Assembly (NCBI GenBank): GCA_026415435.1
Contig: JAOAHC010000040.1
Location: 137,456 to 201,455, forward strand
Source of the DNA: Clostridia bacterium
Lineage (GTDB): Bacteria > Bacillota > Clostridia > TANB77 > CAG-465
DNA length: 64,000 bases
Direction of reading: 5' to 3'
Position numbers and translations under genes: made by a program. Below are positions 30,445 through 40,567 of the stretch, in pieces (position 1 is the first letter of the stretch; each line of letters starts with the position of its first letter). The notes below the pieces were generated by a model. The model saw only the letters and a program-made list of their open reading frames with translations, did not search any database and was not told the DNA's origin.

Positions 30445-32178
30445 TTATTTTCTCTTTCTCTTAAAATTTTCAGGACTTTTACGTCTATTATCCTTTTTAT
30501 CAGAGAACATACTCTTATTACCTCTTCTTTTGTCTTCTCTTTTTCCGCCATTTTCTCTACTTGATCCTGAAACTTCTAAATTTAAATCTCTACCGTTATA
30601 TTCTTTACCATTCATGTTTTTTAGAACCTGATCAACATATTCTTTATCAATATTTACAAATGAAAACTTATCTAAAACTTTAATATCTGATATAGAATTT
30701 TTAGGTACTTTTAAATCATCTATAAGCATGTCTCTCATAGCACCTGTATCAAATCCATCTAATTTACCCATATTAACAAACATTCTAGTTATATTACCAT
30801 TTATAATACCTTCTGAATTGATATTTCTACTTCTAGACTTACCATCTTTTTTATCTGTATCAGAACTACTAATCGTTTTATTAGCTTTCTCAAATTCAAG
30901 TTTCAATAGTACAGCAGCAATATCTAAACTTGTCATATTTTCTTCTGCTATAATCTTTTCAACTATATTAACATATTTTGAAATATTTCCTTTTTCAAGA
31001 TCAGCTTTAATTTTTTGAACTTTTTGCATTATTTTTTTATCTAATACATCTTCATAAGATGGAGCTTTATATAAATTAATATTTGCTTTTGCATATTTTT
31101 GAATATCCTTTAATTTATATATTTCTCTACCTACTACAAAAGTATATGCTTTTCCAAATCTACCTGCTCTACCAGTTCTTCCTATTCTATGTACATAGTA
31201 CTCTTCATCACTTGGAATATCATAGTTAAATACTACATCTATGTCGTCTATATCTATACCTCTCGCAGCTACATCTGTCGCAACAAGAATATCAATATCG
31301 CCTTTTCTAAATTTTCTCATTATTACATCTCTTTGACTTTGACGTATGTCCCCATGTAATGCTTCAACCATATAACCACTAGCTTGTAAATGTAGAGTAA
31401 CATCATCAACTTTTCTTTTTGTATTACAAAATACAACTGCAAGTTTTATATTCATTGAGTCTAGTAATCTTGTTAATACATCAGCTTTACTAGCTTCTGA
31501 AACTTCTAAATAATATTGTTCAATATTAGGAGTTACAAGTTCTACATGTGAAATCTTAATTTTTACTGCATCCTTTTTTTGGTATTTTGCAGTTATATCC
31601 ATTATACCTTTTGACATAGTAGCTGAAAATAATATTATTTGTCTATTTTCTGGTGCTTGTTTTAAAATAGTATCAATATCTTCTCTAAATCCCATATTTA
31701 ACATTTCATCAGCTTCATCAAGAATAAACATTGAAACATTAGCTAGCTTTAAAGTTTTTCTTCTCATATGATCCATTACTCTACCAGGAGTACCTACAAC
31801 TATTTGAGGATTCTTTTTAAGAGCAGCTATTTGTCTATCAATTTGTTGACCACCATATATAGGAATAATTTTTGCTTCTTCTGTATATTTTGTAAGTTGT
31901 TTTAAACCTTCACATGTTTGAATTGCAAGTTCTCTAGTTGGACATAGAACTAAAACTTGAACATCTTTACTATTTAAATCTAGTTTCTCAATTGCTGGGA
32001 TACCAAAAGCAAATGTTTTACCTGTTCCAGTTTGAGCAAGTCCAGTTACATCTTTTCCTTCCATTATATGTGGTATTGATTCAGCTTGAATTGGTGTTGC
32101 CTCTTCATAACCAATACTATCAATTGCCATTTGAACGCTATTTGATAGATTTAGATCTTTAAATTTTACATTATTCAT
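30445..32178 (-). CDS. DEAD-box RNA helicase (DeaD/CshA-like) with DbpA-type RNA-binding C-terminus
   Basis: AQTGTGKT, PTRELA, DEAD, SAT, ARGID, HRIGRTGR. Confidence 0.95.
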   Translation of the reverse strand: MNNVKFKDLNLSNSVQMAIDSIGYEEATPIQAESIPHIMEGKDVTGLAQTGTGKTFAFGIPAIEKLDLNSKDVQVLVLCPTRELAIQTCEGLKQLTKYTEEAKIIPIYGGQQIDRQIAALKKNPQIVVGTPGRVMDHMRRKTLKLANVSMFILDEADEMLNMGFREDIDTILKQAPENRQIILFSATMSKGIMDITAKYQKKDAVKIKISHVELVTPNIEQYYLEVSEASKADVLTRLLDSMNIKLAVVFCNTKRKVDDVTLHLQASGYMVEALHGDIRQSQRDVIMRKFRKGDIDILVATDVAARGIDIDDIDVVFNYDIPSDEEYYVHRIGRTGRAGRFGKAYTFVVGREIYKLKDIQKYAKANINLYKAPSYEDVLDKKIMQKVQKIKADLEKGNISKYVNIVEKIIAEENMTSLDIAAVLLKLEFEKANKTISSSDTDKKDGKSRSRNINSEGIINGNITRMFVNMGKLDGFDTGAMRDMLIDDLKVPKNSISDIKVLDKFSFVNIDKEYVDQVLKNMNGKEYNGRDLNLEVSGSSRENGGKREDKRRGNKSMFSDKKDNRRKSPENFKRKRK

Positions 32179-32415
32179 TTTTATTTCCTTTCAATATACT
32201 ATATATATTTATTAAGATCAAATAGTTAGGTTATTTTTTACAAAAAAATAAATCACATATTAATACTGTGACCTACACATATATCAACTATATACCTACA
32301 TTAAATTTTGTAAAACAATATATTTGTTTCTTATATAATATATTATATCATATAATCTTTATAAAATAAAGAGTTTTATGTAAAATAGTATAATCAATTT
32401 TTAACATTAGTATAC

Positions 32416-32451
32416 AAAAAAATCCCACTTTTATTTTAAAAGTAGGATTTT
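32416..32451 (-). terminator. Terminator after the DUF1254 gene
   Basis: AAAATCC.ACTTTTA / TAAAAGT.GGATTTT; the central mismatch is a G:U pair on the minus strand. Confidence 0.7.
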
Positions 32452-32460
32452 AATATATTT

Positions 32461-34014
32461 TTATTTTACTTCCATTATAGAAGGTGGGTTCCATATATAT
32501 TTTAATACTGTCTGTTTTGGCCAGTAGAGTCTTAACACAAGATAAAAATCTTCTGTTGGTGATGGTAACCAATTGCTTTGTTTTAATTGACCCGGCGAAG
32601 TATTTTGAACATATATATCCAAAGAACCATCAGAATTATAGTTTAGCTTTCCCAAATGTGGTGAAATTGCATATCTATTTATTGGATTAGCAATAAATCT
32701 ACCGTCTTTGTTATACATTGAAATAGACCAAAATGCATTTACAGGTGGCAAATCATTTTTGTTAAAATGAATAATATAATTTTTCTTTCCACTAAGCTTA
32801 TTTTTATTGTTATCTAAATATGATATAGCAAAAACCTCATCTTCCGGAAGATTAGCTGCAAGTTTTATTTTTGCAATAGCTGCTCTTCTTCTATAATCTT
32901 TGCCGTATATTCCTATATTCTCACGGATAATAGACCAACCATTTACCATATTTTCGTTACTAATAGTTGCTATATCTTCATCGATTGCCATAGGCCCATT
33001 ATTAATAGCATATTGTAGTGCTTCTTTACTCTCATCTGATAAGCTATTATAATCAAAATCAAGAGATGGCATTATACCCAACATCTCTAGTTTTTTGTCC
33101 ATATCTGGATCCTTTTCTTCCGGTGGATACAAATACATTGCCTTAGCCATAGTTTCAAAATATGTTTTTGCATCCATATCATTTACTATTTCATGAGGTG
33201 ATTTTGTTCCCGAGACTAAATTATTGAAAATATCTGTGTTGTCATATGTAGTACTGAAAGTATAATCAATTGTTTCATCCATCGGCTTTAAAATGTACTT
33301 TTCTTGTATTACATTTACAGTCTTGTAATCTTCTGATCCATTAACTTTTGTTTGACCTACTAGCCATACAGAGTTATTTGGAGCCTCAACCGGAATATAA
33401 TCTTCTGGTAATTTACCATTATAGTTTGGTCCGTATATTATGAATCGGTTTGGTCTTGTTCCAGTGGTTCTTGTACCAAGCGAAGAAAATACATTTGTCC
33501 AAGGATCAATCACTTGAAATATATTATAATGTCCTATTGTATCTGGAACTACAAGTATTATAGGTCCTTTGCTTAGATCTAGCCAAGACATCGAATATAG
33601 CATATCTGAATTTGGATCTAAGACAGTCTTTGTATTATAATTTGGTAAAGTTAATTGATGTACAAATTTATTAACTTTATATCCGTTATTTAACATATTT
33701 GCACGTGTAACCATCATTAAAACTAGAGGATATCCATACACATATGCATCTAGTGCAGCTAAATTAAGATTCATAGAATCTTCATATCTGGTTTGTATCG
33801 GATAATATTGGTAAGGACAATTTTTTTTATTATTACTATAGCATGGAAACATAGGTATGAATACTGGTATATGCGAATAGAAATTATGTAGTTGTGGATA
33901 TTGAATTCCTAGTCCTAAATATGGGAAAGGTAATCTATTCATATAAAAAAAGTCATCACCATCATATTCTTCATTATTTTTATTATATTTATAATATTCG
34001 TTATTATAAATCAT
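32461..34014 (-). CDS. DUF1254/DUF1214 domain protein with a Tyr/Pro/Asn-rich N-terminal extension
   Basis: AYVYGYPLV, PNSDMLYS..WLDL..GP, LPPVNAFWSISMY, NWLP.P, LRLYWP. Confidence 0.85.
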   Translation of the reverse strand: MIYNNEYYKYNKNNEEYDGDDFFYMNRLPFPYLGLGIQYPQLHNFYSHIPVFIPMFPCYSNNKKNCPYQYYPIQTRYEDSMNLNLAALDAYVYGYPLVLMMVTRANMLNNGYKVNKFVHQLTLPNYNTKTVLDPNSDMLYSMSWLDLSKGPIILVVPDTIGHYNIFQVIDPWTNVFSSLGTRTTGTRPNRFIIYGPNYNGKLPEDYIPVEAPNNSVWLVGQTKVNGSEDYKTVNVIQEKYILKPMDETIDYTFSTTYDNTDIFNNLVSGTKSPHEIVNDMDAKTYFETMAKAMYLYPPEEKDPDMDKKLEMLGIMPSLDFDYNSLSDESKEALQYAINNGPMAIDEDIATISNENMVNGWSIIRENIGIYGKDYRRRAAIAKIKLAANLPEDEVFAISYLDNNKNKLSGKKNYIIHFNKNDLPPVNAFWSISMYNKDGRFIANPINRYAISPHLGKLNYNSDGSLDIYVQNTSPGQLKQSNWLPSPTEDFYLVLRLYWPKQTVLKYIWNPPSIMEVK

Positions 34015-34067
34015 AAAATACCTCCTTTCTTATACATTTTATTCTAAAACATTTATTAGTGATACTT

Positions 34068-34119
34068 AAAATTAAAAACTTCAAGAATAAATTAACTTAT
34101 TCTTGAAGTTTTTAATTTT
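34068..34119 (-). terminator. Long terminator hairpin after exoA
   Basis: 23-bp perfect inverted repeat with a 6-nt loop. Confidence 0.8.
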
Positions 34120-34138
34120 TTTCATTATTTAAAAGTTA

Positions 34139-34891
34139 CTAGAATATATCAAGTCCTATTGGACAATGATCGCTTCCTAACACATCACCATATATATAGG
34201 CATCTTTTATCTTACCTTTTAATTCATTGGAAACTACAAAGTAATCAATACGCCAACCGACATTTTTGGCTCTTGCATTAAACATATAGCTCCACCATGT
34301 ATATGCATCTGTTTTCTCTGGATATATATGTCTAAATGTATCTATAAATCCTGCATCCAATAACTCACTAAATTTTCCTCTTTCCTCATATGTGAAACCC
34401 GCATTCCCTATATTTTGCTTGTAATTTTTTATATCTATTTCATTATGTGCCACATTAAAGTCACCACAAATTACAACAGGTTTAGTCTTTTCAAGATCTT
34501 TTAAATATTTTCTAAAAGTATCTTCCCATATCATACGATAAGGTAATCTTTCTAACTCCCTCTTTACATTAGGAGTATATAAATTTACCAAATAGAAATC
34601 ATCATATTCTACAGTTATAATTCTTCCTTCATCATCGTGTTCTACAATACCCATACCATATGTAACACTTATTGGTTTTGTCTTTGTCAAAACCAATGTA
34701 CCTGAATATCCCTTTTTAGTAGCACTGTTCCAATAATCATAATATCCTTCAAAGCTAATATCTAATTGTTCTTTTTCCATTTTAGTTTCTTGAATACATA
34801 CTACATCAGCGTTTATTTCATTTAAAAATTCTAAAAACCCTTTTTTCAAACAAGCTCTAAGACCTGCAACATTCCATGATACTAGTTTCAT
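34139..34891 (-). CDS. exoA: Exodeoxyribonuclease III / AP endonuclease
   Basis: SWNVAGLRA, QETK, GDFNVAH, GWRIDYF, GSDHCP. Confidence 0.95.
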   Translation of the reverse strand: MKLVSWNVAGLRACLKKGFLEFLNEINADVVCIQETKMEKEQLDISFEGYYDYWNSATKKGYSGTLVLTKTKPISVTYGMGIVEHDDEGRIITVEYDDFYLVNLYTPNVKRELERLPYRMIWEDTFRKYLKDLEKTKPVVICGDFNVAHNEIDIKNYKQNIGNAGFTYEERGKFSELLDAGFIDTFRHIYPEKTDAYTWWSYMFNARAKNVGWRIDYFVVSNELKGKIKDAYIYGDVLGSDHCPIGLDIF

Positions 34892-34910
34892 AATATCTCC
34901 AATCCAACTA

Positions 34911-35393
34911 TTATAAATATCTTTTTTCTAATTCTAATAGTTCTGACTTTAAACAAAGTCCACCTGCATATCCTACAAGATTACCATTTTTTCCAATTAC
35001 TCTATGACAAGGTATAACTATCATTATCTTGTTTTTATTATTAGCATTTCCAACAGCGCGACAAGCCTTAATATTTCCCACTCTTTTAGATAATTCCTCA
35101 TACGATATAGTAGTGCCATATTGAATTTTTAAAAGTTCTTTCCAAACCTTAATTTGAAATTCTGTACCTGAAAAATTTATGTTTAAATTAAATATTTTTC
35201 TCTTACCAGAAAAATATTCATCTAATTGCCTTACACACTCATTAATTATTTCAGGAATATATTCTGAGTTTTCAAAATGTTCTTTAACAGTTTTAATGCT
35301 AATAATTTGAGTTTCATTTGATACTATCTCTAAGACACCTAAAATACATTTATATTTATATTTAAACTCTTCAAAAGACTCTGTTTTCTTCAT
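34911..35393 (-). CDS. ogt: Methylated-DNA--protein-cysteine methyltransferase
   Basis: GTEFQ..VW, RAVG.AN, IPCHRVIG. Confidence 0.95.
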   Translation of the reverse strand: MKKTESFEEFKYKYKCILGVLEIVSNETQIISIKTVKEHFENSEYIPEIINECVRQLDEYFSGKRKIFNLNINFSGTEFQIKVWKELLKIQYGTTISYEELSKRVGNIKACRAVGNANNKNKIMIVIPCHRVIGKNGNLVGYAGGLCLKSELLELEKRYL

Positions 35394-35405
35394 AAAATAT
35401 TATAC

Positions 35406-36065
35406 CTACTTAATATTGGATGCTTTGTTGTTTTTTAATTTATTAACTATATAAGTTATAAGTATAGGTAAAAGTGAAAGTGCAATAACTAATATTATAA
35501 CAAGAGAAAATCTTTCTTTAACAAAACTAATATTACCAAAGAAAAACCCTGCAGCTGTAAATATTGTTACCCATAGTATACTTCCAAACAAATTATATTT
35601 TAAAAATTTTATATAATCCATTTTACCTGAACCTGCCACAAACGGCACAAAAGTTCTAAGTATTGGCATAAATCTAGCTAAAACTATTGATTTACCGCCA
35701 TGTCTATTAAAAAATTCCTGTGTCTTATCAAAATGTTCTTTTTTAATTATTTTTCTGTTTTCTAGATTTTCAATTTTATTAGAAAGCTTCTTACCTATAT
35801 GATAATTAACTGTATCTCCTAAAAATGCAGCTATTAATAGTACAAAATATAGTACAAACACGTTTAAACTGTTCATAGCAGCAAACGCACCTGCTGCAAA
35901 TATAAGTGAATCTCCTGGTAAAAAAGGCATTATAACTAAGCCTGTTTCACAAAATATTATTAAAAAAATAAAAAGATAAGTTTCCGTACCATATGTTCTT
36001 AATATTGTTCCTAAATGTTCATCAATGTGAATTATAAAATTCACTAAATAAAGTATTATATTCAT
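35406..36065 (-). CDS. dedA: DedA family membrane protein
   Basis: ETGLVIMPFLPGDSL, GD.VNY, ARFMPILRTF.PFVAG. Confidence 0.93.
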   Translation of the reverse strand: MNIILYLVNFIIHIDEHLGTILRTYGTETYLFIFLIIFCETGLVIMPFLPGDSLIFAAGAFAAMNSLNVFVLYFVLLIAAFLGDTVNYHIGKKLSNKIENLENRKIIKKEHFDKTQEFFNRHGGKSIVLARFMPILRTFVPFVAGSGKMDYIKFLKYNLFGSILWVTIFTAAGFFFGNISFVKERFSLVIILVIALSLLPILITYIVNKLKNNKASNIK

Positions 36066-36231
36066 TTTTCCCCCTATTGTTATTTCTTAATTTTCATAAA
36101 CTTTCTATGTGAAATTACATAATAACATCTATATATGATATCACACATATTATATTTCGACAATACTTTTTTTTATATAATATATAAAAAATAAGTTATA
36201 TATAGTTATACAACTTATTTCATTATTACTC

Positions 36232-37413
36232 TTACAATATATTATTTAATCTTTGAGCTGCCTCTTTAGTATTTTCCTCACTATTAAATCCAGTAAGTCT
36301 AAAATAGCCTTCACCATTTTTTCCAAAACCAGACCCTGGAGTTCCTACTATATTTGCTTCATGAAGTAAATAATCAAAAAACTCCCAAGATTTCATACTA
36401 TTTGGACACTTTAACCATATATATGGAGAATTTATGCCCCCTGTATATTCTATATTTTTAGATTTTAGCACTTCTGTTATAATTTCAGCATTGTTCATAT
36501 AATATTCTATCATTGCTTTACATTCATTTTGGCCCTTTTTAGTAAATACCACTTCTGCTGCTTTTTGTACAACATATGATACACCATTAAATTTTGTTGA
36601 TTGTCTCCTAAACCATAACTTATTTAAATTAATATCTTTAAATATAAGTTTATTTGGAACTATTGTATACCCTAATCTTAATCCAGTAAAACCAGCACTT
36701 TTAGATAAACTACAAAACTCAATTGCGCATTTTTCAGCATTTTTAACCTCATATATGCTGCGAGGAAGTCCCTTTTGAGATATGTATGAATGATAAGCTG
36801 AATCATATAGTATAATAGCTTTATTTATCAATGCATACTCCACCCATTCTTCTAATTGTTTTTTATTATATACACTTCCTGTAGGATTATTAGGAGAGCA
36901 TAAATAAATAATATCACATTTTTGTTTTTTATTTGGCATTGGTAAAAAATCATTTTTACTTGTAGAATCGATATATTTTATCTTTCTACCATTTATTATA
37001 TTTGTATCCACATATACAGGGTAAACGGGATCTGGCACTAACACAATATTTCTTTTATCAAACAAATCGGTAATATTAGAAATATCACTTTTAGCTCCAT
37101 CTCCTATAAATATCTCATTTGTATCTAATTTTACACCAAATTTATTATAATACTTTGATATGCTATCTCTTAAAAAATCATAACCTTGTTCAGGTCCATA
37201 ACCTTTAAATGTTTCAGTCTTAGACATATCTATTACAGCCTTATTTAGTGCTTCAATTGTCGACTTGGTAAGTGGCAAAGTAACATCACCTATTCCAAGT
37301 TTTATTATTTTTTTATCTGGATTTTCCTTAGAATATTCTTTTACCTTTTTTGCTATATCTGAAAATAAATAATTTTCTTTCAGTTTCAAGAAATTTTTAT
37401 TTATATTTAGCAT
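36232..37413 (-). CDS. dapL: LL-diaminopimelate aminotransferase
   Basis: LGIGDVT.PL, GYGPEQG, CSPNNPTG, SLSKSAGFTG.R, GTPGSGFG. Likely ATG at 37413. Confidence 0.93.
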   Translation of the reverse strand: MLNINKNFLKLKENYLFSDIAKKVKEYSKENPDKKIIKLGIGDVTLPLTKSTIEALNKAVIDMSKTETFKGYGPEQGYDFLRDSISKYYNKFGVKLDTNEIFIGDGAKSDISNITDLFDKRNIVLVPDPVYPVYVDTNIINGRKIKYIDSTSKNDFLPMPNKKQKCDIIYLCSPNNPTGSVYNKKQLEEWVEYALINKAIILYDSAYHSYISQKGLPRSIYEVKNAEKCAIEFCSLSKSAGFTGLRLGYTIVPNKLIFKDINLNKLWFRRQSTKFNGVSYVVQKAAEVVFTKKGQNECKAMIEYYMNNAEIITEVLKSKNIEYTGGINSPYIWLKCPNSMKSWEFFDYLLHEANIVGTPGSGFGKNGEGYFRLTGFNSEENTKEAAQRLNNIL

Positions 37414-37473
37414 AAAAAACCACCATCCCACTATATACTATGATGGTAGTTTTGTTTTTATTAATGTTAATTT

Positions 37474-38580
37474 CTATTTTATGTATTTTCTTTCAACTCT
37501 TTTTCCTATATTTGTTAATATTTCATAATTTATGGTACCATCTATGTTTGCTAATTCATCAAGTGTTATATCATATTCGTTAAATATTATAACCTCATCT
37601 CCCACAGAAATATCATCCTTATCAGTAACATCTATCATACAAGAATCCATACAAATCCTACCTATTATGTTACATTTAGTGTTTCCAATTAAAACGCTAG
37701 CTTTATTAGATAGCGATCTTCTATATCCATCTGCATACCCAATACTTATAGTAGCTATTTTTGTTAGTCTTTTTGTAATATATGTTTGATTATATCCTAT
37801 TGGTGTGTCGCCCTCTACATAGAAAATATTAGTTATTGTACTAGTAAGTTTACATGTTGGTTTTAAATCAATTTTAGATATAAGTGAAGGATCAGGATAA
37901 TATCCATACATCATAATACCTGGTCTTATAGCATTACACTTATTATCTCTTACATTCACACTAGCAGCACTATTACTAGTATGAATTACATCAATACTAA
38001 TATTATTTTCTTCTAATTTTTCTAACAATTTTTCAAATCTTTCTTGTTGCAATTTAGTATATTCTTCATCTGAATCAGCACTAGAAAAATGCATATATAT
38101 TCCATTTATCTCAATATTTTTCATGTTATTTATTTGTGCTATTATATCAAAAGCTTCGTTGGGATTTATACCAAATCTATTCATTCCTGTATTTATTTCA
38201 ATATGTATTTTCTGCACCTTGTTTCTCTTATTGCATTCATTATTTAATATTTTCACATATTCTAGACTAGATATTCCTGGTATTATATTATCATAACTTA
38301 CTAATTCTTCTACTTCACTTGGTAATCCTGCACCCAATATAATTATAGGTAAAGTTATACCATTTTTTCTTAAAGAAACTGCTTCATACAGATATGCCAC
38401 TCCAAGATACTCTACTAAGTTACTTTGTTCTAAATATTTTGATACTTCATTAATACCCAAACCATAAGCATCTGCTTTTATCATAGCTATAACTTTACAG
38501 TTTTCAGACTGCATAGACCTTAAACTATTTAAATTATATTTTAAATTTTCTAAATTTACATAAAGTTTTGAATAAATCAT
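37474..38580 (-). CDS. alr: Alanine racemase
   Basis: IKADAYG, TGMNRFG, RPGIMMYG, GYADG, GRICMD, TINYE. Confidence 0.95.
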   Translation of the reverse strand: MIYSKLYVNLENLKYNLNSLRSMQSENCKVIAMIKADAYGLGINEVSKYLEQSNLVEYLGVAYLYEAVSLRKNGITLPIIILGAGLPSEVEELVSYDNIIPGISSLEYVKILNNECNKRNKVQKIHIEINTGMNRFGINPNEAFDIIAQINNMKNIEINGIYMHFSSADSDEEYTKLQQERFEKLLEKLEENNISIDVIHTSNSAASVNVRDNKCNAIRPGIMMYGYYPDPSLISKIDLKPTCKLTSTITNIFYVEGDTPIGYNQTYITKRLTKIATISIGYADGYRRSLSNKASVLIGNTKCNIIGRICMDSCMIDVTDKDDISVGDEVIIFNEYDITLDELANIDGTINYEILTNIGKRVERKYIK

Positions 38581-38589
38581 TTTTCTCTC

Positions 38590-39078
38590 CTATTTGTTAA
38601 AATATTCACTTGTTTTCTTAAGTTCATAAAAGTTATTTTGCCTTAAAACTTCATATGCAACGATAGCTACACTATTTGATAAGTTAAGAGATCTTATATC
38701 TGAAAACATTGGAATTCTTATGGCCTTATCGAAATTCTCAAGTATATACTTTTCTGGTATTCCTCTTGATTCTGGTCCAAACATCAAATAACAGTCTTCA
38801 CTATACTCTACATCGCTGTATATCTTATCTGCTTTTGTTGTAAGAAGAAAAAGGTTATTTGGACTATTAATATTTAAAAATTCTTCCAAATTTTCATATA
38901 CTTGAATATTTACTTTATCCCAATAATCTAATCCAGAACGTTTAACTGCCTTTTCACTTATATCAAAGCCCAGTGGCTTTATTAAATGTAATTTCGCATT
39001 TATAGCTGCGCAAGTTCTTGCTATATTTCCTGTGTTTTGTGGTATTTCTGGTTCTAATAGTACTATGTTTAACTCCAT
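38590..39078 (-). CDS. trmL: tRNA (cytidine/uridine-34 2'-O)-methyltransferase
   Basis: PEIPQNTGNIARTC, RSGLDYW, FGPESRG, RSLNLSN. Confidence 0.95.
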   Translation of the reverse strand: MELNIVLLEPEIPQNTGNIARTCAAINAKLHLIKPLGFDISEKAVKRSGLDYWDKVNIQVYENLEEFLNINSPNNLFLLTTKADKIYSDVEYSEDCYLMFGPESRGIPEKYILENFDKAIRIPMFSDIRSLNLSNSVAIVAYEVLRQNNFYELKKTSEYFNK

Positions 39079-39210
39079 ATTGTTCTCCTTAAACTTTATA
39101 AACTTAACTTTTGAATGTAATTATACATCTCTAATATAGAATTATACATCATATTTTTTTATTATTCAACATTTTGCATATACTATTTTCATTAACTTTT
39201 TATATAAGTA

Positions 39211-39239
39211 TTGACATTGATTAAATTTTCAGTTATAAT
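39211..39239 (+). promoter_or_regulatory. Consensus SigA promoter of the tRNA gene
   Basis: TTGACA, 17 bp spacer, TATAAT. Confidence 0.9.
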
Positions 39240-39264
39240 ATTCTTCGTAACAAAGTTACAATAT

Positions 39265-39341
39265 GGCGGCATAGCTTAGTTGGCTAGAGCGTTCGGTTCA
39301 TACCCGAAAGGTCACAGGTTCGACTCCCGTTGCCGCTACCA
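39265..39341 (+). tRNA. tRNA-Met (CAT), elongator type
   Basis: 77-nt cloverleaf GGCGGCA...TGCCGCT-ACCA, anticodon arm TTCGG-TTCATAC-CCGAA, GTTCGA T-loop. It lacks the initiator GGG/CCC anticodon stem. Confidence 0.93.
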
Positions 39342-39348
39342 AAAAATG

Positions 39349-39375
39349 AAGTATCGATTTTATCGATACTTTTTT
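39349..39375. terminator. Bidirectional terminator
   Basis: AAGTATCGAT-TTT-ATCGATACTT followed by a T run. Confidence 0.85.
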
Positions 39376-40405
39376 AATTTTGATCATACTCATCAAAAAT
39401 ATTACCTACTATTTCTTCAATCATATCTTCTATTGTAAGTATTCCAACAAATTCATTATTTCCATTTCTTACAATACCCATGTTTTGTCTTTTATACTGC
39501 ATATCTCTAAAAACACCATCTATCTTTTCAGTTTCACATACAAAATATGGACTTCTTATTAATTCTCTTAAACTAAACTTTTCATTACTCTTTGTATAAA
39601 AATGAATTACATCTTTTACATTTAATATCCCTATAATATTTTCTTTTTCGCCCGAATATATAGGTATTCTGGTAAATTTGTTTTTTCTCATTACTTCAGA
39701 TAGGTCTTTAGAATCAATATCAATACTAATCGAAAAAACCTCTTCTTTAGGTGTCATTATTTGATATATTTCCTTGTCATTAAACTCAAATACATTAAAT
39801 ATTAAATCCATTTCAGCATCTTCTATTATACCCACATCTTTACCATCAGATATAATTAGTTTTATATCTTCCAAATTAAGTCTATTTTCTTTTTTACTAT
39901 TTACTCCTAAAATTTTTGTCATAAAATTAGTAGATTGCATCAATATATATACAAAGGGATACGTTAATTTTTTCAACAAATATATAAAATCTACAACTAA
40001 AAAAGCGACTTTTTCTGGAAATGCCATGGAAATTCTTTTTGGCACTAATTCTCCAAACACAAGCGTAAAGTATGATAATATTATAGTTACTAAAATAACG
40101 ACTATTGATTTTAATATATTTTCTGAAATATCAAAAAAAGAAAGATTCTTAACTATAATATCTGAAAATGATTCAGATGCAAAAGCACTTGCCAAAAACC
40201 CAGCAAATGTTATACCAATCTGAATAGTTGCTAAAAATCCACTTGGACTATCTAACAGCATCTTTAATTTTATTGCTTTTTTATTATTTAGTTTAAGTTC
40301 TTTTCTAAGCTTTGCTTTATTAATTGATAAGAACGCTATTTCTGATGATGCAAAAATAGCGTTTATAAATATAAGTATAAATAGTACAATTACTTGTACT
40401 AGCAT
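39374..40405 (-). CDS. CNNM/DUF21-CBS domain membrane protein (HlyC/CorC family)
   Basis: FASSEIAF, ATIQIGIT, VFGELVPK, TRIPIY, TIED.IEEIVG.I.DE.D. Confidence 0.9.
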   Translation of the reverse strand: MLVQVIVLFILIFINAIFASSEIAFLSINKAKLRKELKLNNKKAIKLKMLLDSPSGFLATIQIGITFAGFLASAFASESFSDIIVKNLSFFDISENILKSIVVILVTIILSYFTLVFGELVPKRISMAFPEKVAFLVVDFIYLLKKLTYPFVYILMQSTNFMTKILGVNSKKENRLNLEDIKLIISDGKDVGIIEDAEMDLIFNVFEFNDKEIYQIMTPKEEVFSISIDIDSKDLSEVMRKNKFTRIPIYSGEKENIIGILNVKDVIHFYTKSNEKFSLRELIRSPYFVCETEKIDGVFRDMQYKRQNMGIVRNGNNEFVGILTIEDMIEEIVGNIFDEYDQN

Positions 40406-40567
40406 AATATCACTCCTAAAACTACATGTATTTATATTATATCATATAATTTAAAATTTATTACTTAAATCACTAACTAACTTACTGTATAATATATTGT
40501 GTATAAAGTTATATATTTTTAACAAAATATATGATAGAATATTCTTATATTTTCAGGAGGTTATTTT

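Noticed and set aside
34068..34119. 23-bp inverted repeat as a MITE or REP element
   Set aside because: Only one copy was noticed, directly after exoA; it is adequately explained as a terminator.
39265..39341. tRNA as an integration site, or as tRNA-Ile2/initiator tRNA
   Set aside because: No integrase or duplicated tRNA 3' end was seen, and the sequence features fit elongator tRNA-Met.
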